60,253 bases of DNA, filler included, from 4 parts of 4 records of this genome joined end to end with filler, not necessarily neighbours in it, one strand, 5' to 3'. Shown: positions 40,223 to 50,407, numbered from the whole stretch's first letter. Notes: a model not told the origin generated them from the letters alone. Made by a program: numbers and translations.

Positions 40223-40301
40223 GAAACCTCTGGTGTCGGGTTCGGGTGAGCGGAAGAGCCATGCGCCCCCGGCGAAGCTGGTTGCCGGGGGCTGGTGACG
40301 T

Positions 40302-41264
40302 TTACTTGGCCGCGGCGTCGAGCGGTGCGAGGTACCAGAAATCCTCGATGTTCAGATCGTCGGGGTTACCTTCGAGCTGACCTGCTGCGGTGAACCATTC
40401 CATGTCGGCCTTGGCCGCGGTGCGACCGCCGCCGTTGGGATCATAAAGCCCGCCTGCGACCGCTTCGGTATAGAAGGTGTCGAGTTCGGCCAGGATTTCA
40501 GCGGGAAGTTGGCCAATGGGGCCGTCGGGGTTGGTTTCACGGCTGATGATGCCGGGATCCTTGTCCATGTCCTGCCAGACGCTGAGCAGGGCCGCCACAA
40601 GGATATCAACCTGTTCGCTGTTGTCCTTGATCCAGTCGAGGTTGGCAAAAAGCGCCTCGTCGCTGGCTTCGACGTCGAACATCGGCAGGACGTTATAACG
40701 GTCATCCGCCTCGGCGATAATCTTGTTCTTGTTGGACAGGTCCAGGATGGTGGCGTCGGCCTGACCGGCCAGCATCGCCACAACACGGTTGGACGATCCG
40801 GGCACATAGGAACGGTCGCCGAATGTGATGCCAACCCGTTCTTCGATCACGTTGGCGATGGAATCCGTACCGCCGCCGCGGGAATGCAGCATGATGGGCA
40901 CGCCATCCAACTGCTTGAGATCAGTGTATTTTTCAAGCGTGACCGGAAAGAACTTCAGCTTGGACAGTTGAAAGATGATCCGCAGCGGTGCCTTTGACCG
41001 TTGCATGGCGGCGTAGGGGGTGCCGAAACCGATGTCCATCTGGCCGCTGAGGATCGCCTGAATGGCAAGCTCTTCGTCGGCGAAGGCGGTCCATTCGTAG
41101 TCCAGGCCGTTCGCCTTTGCCCGGTCGAGTGCCACAAAGAACGCGGCGAGTTCGTCAGATGGCGTTTCCGCCAGCGCAATCTTGAGCGGTTCGGCGGCGA
41201 CTGCGGTGACCATTGTCGACATGGCCAGCGCGGCGGCTGCTATATATTTTCCGAAATGCATCAT
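40302..41264 (-). CDS. ABC substrate-binding protein (NMT1/SsuA-like)
   Basis: Signal peptide, AILSGQMDIG; first gene of the transporter set. Confidence 0.85.
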   Translation of the reverse strand: MMHFGKYIAAAALAMSTMVTAVAAEPLKIALAETPSDELAAFFVALDRAKANGLDYEWTAFADEELAIQAILSGQMDIGFGTPYAAMQRSKAPLRIIFQLSKLKFFPVTLEKYTDLKQLDGVPIMLHSRGGGTDSIANVIEERVGITFGDRSYVPGSSNRVVAMLAGQADATILDLSNKNKIIAEADDRYNVLPMFDVEASDEALFANLDWIKDNSEQVDILVAALLSVWQDMDKDPGIISRETNPDGPIGQLPAEILAELDTFYTEAVAGGLYDPNGGGRTAAKADMEWFTAAGQLEGNPDDLNIEDFWYLAPLDAAAK

Positions 41265-41354
41265 TGTTGTTCTCCTCCCAGGGAACTTTTCGATGGTTTG
41301 GCCGGGCCATTTCTGGTCGGCCTTCCGACTGTCGTCGTTCTTTGTGATGTCGTT

Positions 41355-42038
41355 TCAGGCTTCTCCAAAAAGACGGTCGGACACGGAACGCAGATGCGCC
41401 CGCATGGCGTCGTAGGCGGCGTCGGGGAACCGCTGTTCTATGGCCTGCACAACGGCGGCGTGTTCGGCAAAGCTGGTGTGGTCCTGGGACGGGCGGGTCG
41501 TGGCGCGCACGACGCTGCCCCAGACCACGGCGCGGCGGACCTGATTGAGATGTTCGAACAGCGACACCAGCAGCAGATTATCGCTCGCTTCGGCGATGTG
41601 GCTGTGCAGCCGATCATCCTGTTCTTCATATTCGGCCCAGGTGGTTGCGGATAGGGCGCGTTCCATCGCGCGCTTCATCTGTGACAGATCCGTCCCCGAG
41701 GCGTTGATTGCCGCCTCGCGGGCGATGGCGGGTTCGATCACCAACCGCGCCCGCATCATGCGGAACGGCGTAAGGTTGCGCCCCAGCTGCACCAGTTCAT
41801 CCGGCGCGCTGTCGGGTTCGGAAACGAACGTGCCCTTGCCGACGTGCCGCCAGATGACACCTTCGCGTTCGAGCGCATCCAGAGCCTTGCGCAGTTCACT
41901 GCGGCTCATATCCAGCCTGACGGTCAGGTCGCGTTCGGCGGGCAGCCGGTCGCCGGGGGTATAATCACCCTCCTGGATGAAACCCCGGAGCTTTTCTACC
42001 ATGGGGTCAGCTTTCAGTGCGCGTTCGGAATATTGCAA
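41355..42038 (-). CDS. GntR/FadR-family regulator (FCD)
   Basis: GDRLPAERDL...HVGKGTFV plus FCD; start either TTG 42038 or ATG 42002. Confidence 0.9.
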   Translation of the reverse strand: MQYSERALKADPMVEKLRGFIQEGDYTPGDRLPAERDLTVRLDMSRSELRKALDALEREGVIWRHVGKGTFVSEPDSAPDELVQLGRNLTPFRMMRARLVIEPAIAREAAINASGTDLSQMKRAMERALSATTWAEYEEQDDRLHSHIAEASDNLLLVSLFEHLNQVRRAVVWGSVVRATTRPSQDHTSFAEHAAVVQAIEQRFPDAAYDAMRAHLRSVSDRLFGEA

Positions 42039-42050
42039 GTGTGCCTCAGT

Positions 42051-42064
42051 ATTGGTTGACCAAT
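42051..42064. promoter_or_regulatory. FadR-type operator
   Basis: ATTGGTTGACCAAT (TGGT-N2-ACCA palindrome) in the divergent gntR/FAH intergenic region. Confidence 0.6.
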
Positions 42065-42203
42065 TATATGTGAATCAGTGGTTATTGCCCTGACCATCGG
42101 TGATCACTCTGCTAATATCAAGTAAATTTTGATTGGTTGGGATTGATTTAGTCGAAGCGCTCGACTATCCAAATAGGGAAGTTGCAGCAGTGAGAGGTTC
42201 TAA

Positions 42204-42887
42204 ATGCCAGATTTTGTTATCCCCGCGCCGCCCATTCCGGCGATTCCCGTTGTCGGTGGCGGGGATTTTCCGGTCCGCCGCGTCTATTGCATTGGTCGTA
42301 ATTATGCCGCCCATGCGATCGAGATGGGGCATGACCCCGACCGTGAGGCGCCGTTCTTTTTCCAGAAAAACCCCAACAACCTCGACACCTCGGGCGAGTT
42401 TCCCTATCCGCCGCACAGTTCGGATGTGCACCACGAGGTGGAACTGACGGTGATGCTGAAATCCGGCGGGAGCAATATCCCGCTGGAATCGGCGTTGGAC
42501 CATGTGTTTGGTTACGCGCTGTCGCTGGACATGACGCGCCGGGATCTTCAGGGCGAAATGAAAAAGGCCGGTCGCCCCTGGGAGATTGGCAAGGCGTTCG
42601 AACGTTCTGCCCCCATTGGTCCGGTGCATCCGGTGTCCGAGGTCGGCAATCCCGACAGCGGTGCGGTGACGCTAAAGGTCAACGGAGAGCTGCGTCAAGA
42701 AGGCGACCTGAACCAGCTGATCTGGAAGGTGCCGGAAATGATTTCCTACCTGTCTGAGTATTTCGAGCTTGCCGCCGGTGATGTGATCATGTCGGGCACG
42801 CCGTCGGGCGTCGGGCCGGTGGTCAAGGGCGACACGATGGAAATGGCGATTGACGGGTTGGGGTCGATGACGGTCGTCGTCGTCTGA
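42204..42887 (+). CDS. Fumarylacetoacetate hydrolase family (fumarylpyruvate/acylpyruvate hydrolase-like)
   Basis: VRRVYCIGRNYAAHA.EMG, HHEVEL, DMTRRDLQ, PWEIGKAF, GTPSGVGP. Confidence 0.9.
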   Translation: MPDFVIPAPPIPAIPVVGGGDFPVRRVYCIGRNYAAHAIEMGHDPDREAPFFFQKNPNNLDTSGEFPYPPHSSDVHHEVELTVMLKSGGSNIPLESALDHVFGYALSLDMTRRDLQGEMKKAGRPWEIGKAFERSAPIGPVHPVSEVGNPDSGAVTLKVNGELRQEGDLNQLIWKVPEMISYLSEYFELAAGDVIMSGTPSGVGPVVKGDTMEMAIDGLGSMTVVVV

Positions 42888-42945
42888 GGATAGGCCCAAG
42901 GCCGGTGACCCTTTTGGTGTTCTGGTCTGAAAGATAATGAGTATG

Positions 42946-42982
42946 CCCTGTGGCAGTGACCAGATCACTGCCACAGGGTTTT
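42946..42982 (+). terminator. Intrinsic terminator
   Basis: CCCTGTGGCAGTGA-CCAGA-TCACTGCCACAGGG-TTTT. Confidence 0.85.
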
Positions 42983-43024
42983 AGGTTTTGCGGTGTGCAC
43001 GTGCGGCGGGATAGATTGTCTGGT

Positions 43025-44440
43025 TCAGTTGTCTGCCTGGGCATGCACGGGGCGAAAGCTGTGCGGTTCGGCAATGATCGTGTCCAACCCCAGCGCCTGC
43101 GCGGCGGCAACGCCTTCGGGTGGGACGATCATTGTGGTGCCTTGTCCCACAACCTGTCCGTAGCGCAGGATTGCGCGACCGCTGCCATAGCTGAGCAGGG
43201 GCTTGCGCCGTTCCAGATCAATCACGGTGACATCGGCGTCCGCACCGGGGGCCAGATGTCCCTTGCGCGCCGACAGTCCCATCATGCGGGCTGGTTCCGT
43301 CGAGGTTTTATGCACGAACTCTGACAGGGTCAGGCCGTTCAGATGCACCAGGGCCAGGCCACGTTCGCACAGGTCGTTGCGGGGCAACCCGCCGCCGTCG
43401 GTGGCCAGCGCATCGATGGCAAACCGCCCGCCGGGGCGTTTCAGCAGTGCGAGGTTCATCGTGCAGACGGCCGGATTGACGTAAAAGCTCATCCCGATAT
43501 TGGTTTCGGCGTCGCGCCACGCTTGAACGGCGATGTCGCCGGTGACAAGACGGGTCACGCCGTCGTCAAACAGATGGATATGGCCCCAGCCGTCGCGCAG
43601 CGCCTTTTCCAGCCCCTGCAGATTGGGTTCATAGCCGCCCGCGATCAGGTTGCGCTGGGTTGCGACGCTTTCCGGGATGCCGTTGGCGCATTTGGCGGAG
43701 TTGCCGTTGATCGGTGCCAGATAGCTTTCTGACCAGATGTTGGGGTAGGCGGCAAGGATTTTGGTCGCCTCATAAGCCTCTTCTATTGCGGGGGCTTCGA
43801 AGCCGCGGGAATAGGAATTGACGTGCGGCATGTGCAGGGGATGCCCACCGGCGAGTGTGCATGCCTCGCGCAGGCCGCGCAGGTTTTGCGGCGTTTCCAG
43901 CGTGCCCGCGTGAAAGGCGACGTGCGCGCCTTCGGTCCCGCAAAGTTCGATGACGCGGGCCGATGCAGCGGCAGTCAGGGGGAAGTGACCCCCCAGCACC
44001 TTGAGCCCGACGGCACCCGCGCGGCGGGCGCGGGCCAGAACATCGCGCAGTTCTGGCATTGTCGGGTTGGTCGTGTCGACCGTATGACCAGGGCGGACAT
44101 AGTCGATACAGGCCAGCGTCAGGCCGGTGCCGGTGCTGGCGGCGAACTGCATCACGCTGTCGATGGGACCGGCCATGTCCAGCGCGGTGGTGACACCGGC
44201 CAGCGCAAGCATCCTGTGCCCTGCCGCGCCGCCCATCCAGCCGGACACATGGACATGGCTGTCGATCAGACCGGGAAGGACATGCAGGCCGGTAACATCT
44301 TCTTCCTTTGTGGCGGGGGTGGTGATGTTGGCGGCAACCTCGGCCACCTTGCCGTTGGCAAAGGCCACGTCGGCGCAGTGGTTCACGCCAGAGCGCGGAT
44401 CGCAGACATGGCCGCCCCGCAGGATAAGATCGTAGGTCAT
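43025..44440 (-). CDS. Amidohydrolase superfamily enzyme (dihydroorotase/D-aminoacylase-like)
   Basis: PGLIDSHVH, GLKVLGGH, AFHAG, HMPHVNSY, ATDGG, KGHLAPGADADV. Confidence 0.88.
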   Translation of the reverse strand: MTYDLILRGGHVCDPRSGVNHCADVAFANGKVAEVAANITTPATKEEDVTGLHVLPGLIDSHVHVSGWMGGAAGHRMLALAGVTTALDMAGPIDSVMQFAASTGTGLTLACIDYVRPGHTVDTTNPTMPELRDVLARARRAGAVGLKVLGGHFPLTAAASARVIELCGTEGAHVAFHAGTLETPQNLRGLREACTLAGGHPLHMPHVNSYSRGFEAPAIEEAYEATKILAAYPNIWSESYLAPINGNSAKCANGIPESVATQRNLIAGGYEPNLQGLEKALRDGWGHIHLFDDGVTRLVTGDIAVQAWRDAETNIGMSFYVNPAVCTMNLALLKRPGGRFAIDALATDGGGLPRNDLCERGLALVHLNGLTLSEFVHKTSTEPARMMGLSARKGHLAPGADADVTVIDLERRKPLLSYGSGRAILRYGQVVGQGTTMIVPPEGVAAAQALGLDTIIAEPHSFRPVHAQADN

Positions 44441-44511
44441 TGCAGTCTTTCAATACAGAGGTGCGGGCCAATAAAGGGATGCCGGGGCGATACCGCCCCG
44501 GCCCGTTTGCG

Positions 44512-45045
44512 TCAGTCTGGCGATACGACCGGATTAACCCCGGTGTCATCCCCGGCCCAGCGGGCCGACAGATGCACAAATATAACCACGATCATGATCG
44601 GCACGGCGATGGCGACCCAGACGGTGCTGAAGGGCAACGCCTCGGCCATGGTGTGGGAATGGCGCAGCAGAAAGCCACGCGCAAAGTTCAGCCCCGGCCC
44701 CACGAAGCAGAACAAAAGCACCGGCACCAGATAGGTCAGCACCACAAGCGAGCGGATCGCCTCGGCCCCGATCTGGACCCAGACGGGTGCGTCTTTGACA
44801 CCGTTGACAAGCGCCGGGTCAAACCGGCGTTTGAACGCCATCGTGGCCCCGATCAGCCCGGCCCAGATCATGGCGTAGCGGGCCAACTCCTCTGTCCAGG
44901 CTGGGGGCTGATGGAAGATATAGCGCGCCACGACCTGCAACAGCACGACGACCGTCAGTAGGACGATTGCCGTGCTGGTGACCACGCTTGCCACGCGGTC
45001 AAGGGCGTTGCTGGTGCCCAGGATGACGGAACGGAGCGACGCCAT
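44512..45045 (-). CDS. dctQ: TRAP small permease
   Basis: QVVARY....PAWTEELARYAMIW. Confidence 0.9.
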   Translation of the reverse strand: MASLRSVILGTSNALDRVASVVTSTAIVLLTVVVLLQVVARYIFHQPPAWTEELARYAMIWAGLIGATMAFKRRFDPALVNGVKDAPVWVQIGAEAIRSLVVLTYLVPVLLFCFVGPGLNFARGFLLRHSHTMAEALPFSTVWVAIAVPIMIVVIFVHLSARWAGDDTGVNPVVSPD

Positions 45046-45055
45046 AATGCCCCCT

Positions 45056-46036
45056 TTATTCAACGCTTGCCTTGGCATCCTGCCAAAGCGTCAGTTGATC
45101 AGCGGTTAGGGTTGTGGCCCAAAGCGGTTCGGCCAGGGTCTTCATCTTGTCACGTTCACCGGCGGCCAGCGGGGTGATGGTCACGCCCATTTCGGTCTGC
45201 ACCTCAGCGACGCCGGTGGTCCATTCGGCCAGCCAGGCGCGGTTGGCTTCAAGGCCTGCTTCGATGGCGCCATCAATCTGTGTTTTCTCTTCGTCCGACA
45301 GGCTGTTGTACCAGTCATCCGATACCAGGATCGCGCGGGTCGACGGGAACAGATCGGCCGGGGTGTAATGGGTCAGGAAACCGGTGTGACCGCCCCTGAT
45401 GGCCGAACTGGGCGGGTTGAAATAGCCGTCTGCTACACCGGTCTGGATTGCGTTCGCGACCTCTGCCCAGGCGATGATCGTCCCGTTTGAGCCGAGCGCC
45501 TCCATCAGGTCAAGCTGTTCGGGGTTGAGGGCGCGAAACCGTAGGTCGCCCATATCGGCCACGGTGCTGATATCCTTTTTCGAATTGTGGATGCCCATCG
45601 GCGTGCCGATAAAGTTAATGCCGACCAGGTTCACCCCCGTCGCGAGGAGCGGTTCGTTGATCGTTTCCATAAGCGAATCCTGCGTCAGGATCTCGTCAAG
45701 CTGTTCGCTGCTGTCAAAGAAGAAGGGCAGGGTGATGCCCTTGAGCACGTCCGAGATGGCATATGCGGTCGAGATCGCAGAGAGGTTGATTTCCAACAGC
45801 CCTGTCGAGACCTGATCAAGGCGCTCCTTTTCCTTGCCGAGAGTTTCGGAGGGGTAAAAATCGACCTTGAAATCGGTCCCTTCCAGTGCGTCGGCAAACC
45901 CATGGGCAAAGGTCGCCTCACCACTGCTGGCCGGATCATCGACCGAATTGAAGGCGATCTTGATGTCGGCGGCCTGAGCGGAAACGCCGATGGACAGGGT
46001 CAGCGCGCTGACAGCGAGGAACGAGAGGGCATTCAT
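45056..46036 (-). CDS. dctP: TRAP substrate-binding protein
   Basis: Signal peptide, DMGDLRFR, WAEV..AIQTGVADG. Confidence 0.9.
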   Translation of the reverse strand: MNALSFLAVSALTLSIGVSAQAADIKIAFNSVDDPASSGEATFAHGFADALEGTDFKVDFYPSETLGKEKERLDQVSTGLLEINLSAISTAYAISDVLKGITLPFFFDSSEQLDEILTQDSLMETINEPLLATGVNLVGINFIGTPMGIHNSKKDISTVADMGDLRFRALNPEQLDLMEALGSNGTIIAWAEVANAIQTGVADGYFNPPSSAIRGGHTGFLTHYTPADLFPSTRAILVSDDWYNSLSDEEKTQIDGAIEAGLEANRAWLAEWTTGVAEVQTEMGVTITPLAAGERDKMKTLAEPLWATTLTADQLTLWQDAKASVE

Positions 46037-46063
46037 GAGGAGGCTCCTTGAGGTTGGGAAAGG

Positions 46064-47347
46064 TCAGTTGAGGCCGAGCAGATGCGGCAGGAACAGTGAG
46101 ATGTTCGGGACTAAGGTCAGGACGATCAGCAGCATGATTTCCGCGACAAGGAAGGGCAGTGTCGCGCGGATCAGCGTCCAGTAATCAAGTTTCACCACCG
46201 TCGACAGGATCAGCAGCACAGCCCCGAGCGGCGGCGACAAAAGCCCGGTGGTGATGTTGAAGCAGATGACGATGGCGAGGTGCACAGGGTCCACCCCCAT
46301 CGCCAGGGCCGGCGGCACGAATATCGGCGCAAAGAGCGCCACGGCGGCCTTGACGTCCATCGCCATGCCGGCGCCGAGGAATATCACATTGATCAGCATC
46401 AGATAGCCGAGGGGGCCAAGGCCCCAGCCTTCGACCAGGGTTTGGATCGCCTGCGGCCAACGCAGAAGCGCCGCGATATAGGAAAAGGTCGAAATTGCGC
46501 AGAGCAGGATGAACAGACCGCCCAGCATCACACCGGTGCGGATCACGGACGCCTTGAGATCGGCCAGCTTTAGGCGGCCATAAAGCAGGCCAACGAGGAT
46601 CGCGGCCAATACGGCAACAGCCGCAGCTTCGGCCGGGGTCATAAAGCCAAAGAGCGTGCCGCCAAGGATGATCAACGGCAGCATCAGCGCCGGCACCGCG
46701 CGGATGAGAGAGGGGAGGAAGGACGGCAGATCCTGGCCGCTGCCGCCGGGGTGGTCGTCGCGGTGGGCAAAATAGGTGTTCATCGCCATCAGAACGGCAG
46801 CGAGCAGAAGGCCCGGCAGGATGCCCGCCGCAAATAGGGCGGTCACATTGGTGCCCATCAGCGCGCCGTAGAAAATCATGATCGACGATGGCGGAATGAT
46901 CGGCCCAATGATCGACGACGCGCCGGTGATGGCCGAGGCGTATTCACGGGTATAACCACGCCGTTCCATTTCAGGGACCAGCGAATTCCCAAGCGCCGCC
47001 GCATCTGCGGTGGCCGAGCCGGAGACCCCGGCAAAGAAAACCGAAGTGACGACATTCACATGACCAAGCCCGCCTTTGAGCCGGCCAAAGATCGACATGC
47101 TGAGATCGATCAACGCGCTGGCCACGCCGCCCCGGTTCATCAGATCGCCCGCAAGAATGAAAAGCGGCATCGCGAGAAAGGCGAAGCTGTCCAGCTGGCT
47201 GAACAGGCGCTGTGGCAGCACGGCCATGAACTGTGCCTTGTCGACCGCCCAGAAGGTGAGGATGGCCGAAGCGCCGATCAGGTAGGCAATTGCTGTCCCA
47301 GCCGCGAGAGCGATTGCCGTGAGGGCGAGGACGATTGAAACTGGCAC
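46064..47347 (-). CDS. dctM: TRAP large permease
   Basis: LAMPLFILAG, SGSATADAA, IGPIIPPS, GLLSPPLG; GTG start. Confidence 0.93.
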   Translation of the reverse strand: MPVSIVLALTAIALAAGTAIAYLIGASAILTFWAVDKAQFMAVLPQRLFSQLDSFAFLAMPLFILAGDLMNRGGVASALIDLSMSIFGRLKGGLGHVNVVTSVFFAGVSGSATADAAALGNSLVPEMERRGYTREYASAITGASSIIGPIIPPSSIMIFYGALMGTNVTALFAAGILPGLLLAAVLMAMNTYFAHRDDHPGGSGQDLPSFLPSLIRAVPALMLPLIILGGTLFGFMTPAEAAAVAVLAAILVGLLYGRLKLADLKASVIRTGVMLGGLFILLCAISTFSYIAALLRWPQAIQTLVEGWGLGPLGYLMLINVIFLGAGMAMDVKAAVALFAPIFVPPALAMGVDPVHLAIVICFNITTGLLSPPLGAVLLILSTVVKLDYWTLIRATLPFLVAEIMLLIVLTLVPNISLFLPHLLGLN

Positions 47348-47634
47348 GAAGGCATCCCTGCTAATGCGGTATTGCAGCAGGTCTGAGGGGTCAAATACTT
47401 AATGAAAATCTAATATTAGTTGTATGATTATAATCAAATCGTATAGGTTGTTTCGCAAAATTGTTACTTTTGATACACTTAGGCTGGGTTTGATGTTTGC
47501 CGGGCGGGGTGTCCGCGCGGGCTTGCACGGTGCCGGTGCGTTGAGGGTGGTCAAAAATTGATCGCTTCGGCGGCGTAACACAACCCCAATGCGCAAGGGG
47601 TGCGGCGCAACCCCGTTTCAGGCTGGCCAGCATC

Positions 47635-47976
47635 CTAGTCGACGATGAACAGTTTCACACCGGTTTCTGTACGCGACGCATGGGCATCGACATTATCGCC
47701 GACCTGATAGCTCATCCCCGGACGTAGGCAGAGCACGCGCCCGTCCTTTAGATGCGTGTCCATTCCGCCCTCAAGACAATAGATGACATGGCCCTTTAGG
47801 CACCAGTGGTCGCTGATGTATCCGGGGCTGTAGTCGACGATGCGCACACGGACGGCGCTGTCGCCCTCGCCAAATGTTTTGACACGCCAGTCCGCATGAC
47901 CCGCCTCGCCTGCGTGGCGTTCCGGTTCGACGGTGGTCCAGTCGATCATTTCGATCGGGAAAGGCGGCATTTTCAT
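47635..47976 (-). CDS. DHCW-motif cupin-fold protein
   Basis: YSPGYISDHWCLKGHVIYCLEG, GMSYQVGD, KLFIVD; GGAG RBS before ATG 47976. Confidence 0.88.
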   Translation of the reverse strand: MKMPPFPIEMIDWTTVEPERHAGEAGHADWRVKTFGEGDSAVRVRIVDYSPGYISDHWCLKGHVIYCLEGGMDTHLKDGRVLCLRPGMSYQVGDNVDAHASRTETGVKLFIVD

Positions 47977-48205
47977 TCGGTTCTCCACTGTGGTTTTGTG
48001 AATGGGGACGTAGAGTGTGGTTCGGGCGGCGTTGCCATGTTCTTGCGCAAAAGTGACGGATGGAAAAGGCGTGTTCCGTGCTGAACGAACGGCGCGTGCG
48101 TGCAGATCATCACCACACAGGCCGTCACAGCGGGGCGAAAGCCGGAGGGATGTCAGACCTTTAGGTCGATAGCGGTGGAGAGGGTCGTGTTTGGATGACG
48201 TCCAT

Positions 48206-48226
48206 ATATATCATTTGATGATATAT
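48206..48226. promoter_or_regulatory. Perfect inverted repeat, probable operator
   Basis: ATATATCAT-TTG-ATGATATAT in the AT-rich divergent region between cupin and carbamoylase. Confidence 0.5.
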
Positions 48227-48480
48227 TTAGTCGAATGGTGATCCTGATTTATACTGGAAATTTGTCATCCCCGCAGGTCAATTGCAATGCAGGCGTTGGC
48301 CAAGACACCGGCCCGTGTTCTGTAATCAAAGAAAGCCCGACCCCGTCGGCGTGATCCGGATCGACGGCACATGGTGGCGTGATACCCATGTTCGATGCCC
48401 GCAATTTCGCGCCGCCGGGTTTGCGTTATGTCCTGTTCACCGCAGTATTTCGCCGCAAACGGCACAGAAAAGGAGGCCAA

Positions 48481-49410
48481 ATGACAAAAATGATTATCGC
48501 GGGCGCCCAGATTGGGGGCATCCAGAAGGATGAAAGCCGCGAGCAGGTTGTCGCCCGCATGATCGCGCTGATGGATGATGCCCACGCCCAGGGTGTCGGG
48601 TTCATCGCCTATCCAGAGATGACGCTGACCACATTTTTCCCACGCTTTTATGTCGAAGACCGCGCCGATTTCGATCATTGGTTCGAAACACAGATGCCGA
48701 ACGCCGCCGTGCAGCCGCTGTTTGACCGGGCGCGCGAGTATCGCATGGGGTTTACCTTTGGCTATTGCGAGCTGACCCCGCAGGGCGAGCATTTCAACAC
48801 CGCCGTTATCGTGTCCCCCGAAGGCAAGATCGTGCTGAGCTATCGCAAGACCCACCTGCCGGGCCATGCTGAATATGAATCGGAACGCAGTCATCAGCAC
48901 CTTGAAAAACGCTATTTTCTGCCTGGCGACACCGGTTTCAACGTGGTGCGCAATCAGGGCATCATCATGGGCATGTCGATCTGTAATGATCGCCGCTGGC
49001 CAGAGAGCTGGAGGGTGTTGGGCCTGCAGGGCGTGCAACTGGTTTCTATCGGGTACAACACCCCGTCGCAGAACAACCTGTCAAAGGACGAAGGCATAGA
49101 GCGGCGCATGTATCACCACGAACTTTCGGTGTGTTCAGGGGCCTATCAGAATTCGACCTATGCCATCGCGGTGGCCAAGTGCGGGCTGGAAGACGGCAAC
49201 CACATGTTTGCCGGATCCATCATCGTGGACCCGGACGGGTTTGTGATTGCCAAGGCGCAGGGCGAGGGGGATGAATTGATCGTGGCCGAGGCGGACTTTG
49301 CCACCTGCGCCTTTGGCAAATCCACGATCTTCGACTTTGACGCCCATCGCCGGATCGAACACTATGGGCTGATCGCGTCCCAGACCGGTGTAAAGGAACC
49401 TTTGGAGTGA
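48481..49410 (+). CDS. N-carbamoyl-D-amino acid hydrolase (nitrilase superfamily)
   Basis: Catalytic E-K-C in PEMTLTTFFPR, YRKTHLPGH, ICNDRRWPE; AGGAGG RBS. Confidence 0.88.
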   Translation: MTKMIIAGAQIGGIQKDESREQVVARMIALMDDAHAQGVGFIAYPEMTLTTFFPRFYVEDRADFDHWFETQMPNAAVQPLFDRAREYRMGFTFGYCELTPQGEHFNTAVIVSPEGKIVLSYRKTHLPGHAEYESERSHQHLEKRYFLPGDTGFNVVRNQGIIMGMSICNDRRWPESWRVLGLQGVQLVSIGYNTPSQNNLSKDEGIERRMYHHELSVCSGAYQNSTYAIAVAKCGLEDGNHMFAGSIIVDPDGFVIAKAQGEGDELIVAEADFATCAFGKSTIFDFDAHRRIEHYGLIASQTGVKEPLE

Positions 49411-49456
49411 ATTCATATCCGGTCATTGGCGGCGGCGGCCCCGGCGCAAGTCCGCC

Positions 49457-50407
49457 GTGACCCGTAATGGCGACCTGCCGGATGTCTCGTTACGCTTGCT
49501 TGAGATTTTTGCGGGGATGATGCGGTGTACGACCACCGTTGAAACGGCCGAATTCCTAGGGATATCCCAGCCGGCTGTTTCGGCGGGGCTGCGACAGCTG
49601 GAAATTCAGCTGGGGCTATCCCTGTTCGAGCGGACCGGCCGACGGCTGTCCCCAACGATGGAGGCGCGCGATCTGTTTGAAGAGATCCGTCCGTTGTTCG
49701 GCATTCTGCGGTCGTTTTCAATCCGTGCACAAAACCTGCGTTCGGGGCAGATCGGGCGATTGCGCGTCATTGCGACGCCGCCGTTGGGGTATTCTTTGGG
49801 GGCCCGGGCATTGCGCTGTATCACGGCCGCCCGGCCCGACGTCACGGTCAGCTATGATGTGCGGCGTCTGGAAAATGTGATCGACGCCGTGCAGATGGGG
49901 TTGGCGGACATCGGGCTCGTACTTAGCAACGAAAAGCCTGAGACGGTGAATTCAGAACTGCTGGCGCGCAGTCAGATGGTGGTTCTGATGCGCGGGGATG
50001 ATCCGCTTGCGGCAGAACCCTTTGTCACGGCGAAGATGCTTTCAGGCAGCCCCATTGTCGGGATTGACCAAGCCTCTCAGCTGGGGCGGCTGGTGTCGCG
50101 GGGCTTTGTCCTGGGAGGAGAGAGTTACCGACCGGGCGTCGAGGTGCGGTATTGCCAGACTGCGGCAGCGCTGGTGGCCGAGGGCATGGGGGTGACCGTC
50201 GTCGACCCCTATTCGGCAGAGCCCTACCTGAGCCGTGGATTGGTCACCCGACCCTTTAACCCGGCATGCGAGGTGAATGCCCAGATCCTGACACGCAAGG
50301 GCGTGCCGCATTCCGGGTTGCTGCTGACCTTTATGGTAGAGCTGCGCCGCCAGCTGGAATTAAGTCAGGCCGACCTGTTGGCCCCGGCAATTCAGACACC
50401 AAATTAA
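49457..50407 (+). CDS. LysR-family regulator
   Basis: LGISQPAVSAGLRQLE..LG..LFERTGRRL. Confidence 0.93.
   Translation: MTRNGDLPDVSLRLLEIFAGMMRCTTTVETAEFLGISQPAVSAGLRQLEIQLGLSLFERTGRRLSPTMEARDLFEEIRPLFGILRSFSIRAQNLRSGQIGRLRVIATPPLGYSLGARALRCITAARPDVTVSYDVRRLENVIDAVQMGLADIGLVLSNEKPETVNSELLARSQMVVLMRGDDPLAAEPFVTAKMLSGSPIVGIDQASQLGRLVSRGFVLGGESYRPGVEVRYCQTAAALVAEGMGVTVVDPYSAEPYLSRGLVTRPFNPACEVNAQILTRKGVPHSGLLLTFMVELRRQLELSQADLLAPAIQTPN

Noticed and set aside
47973-48038. 21-codon uORF overlapping the cupin start (ATGA)
   Set aside because: No clear RBS or structure, and the cupin has its own GGAG; probably chance
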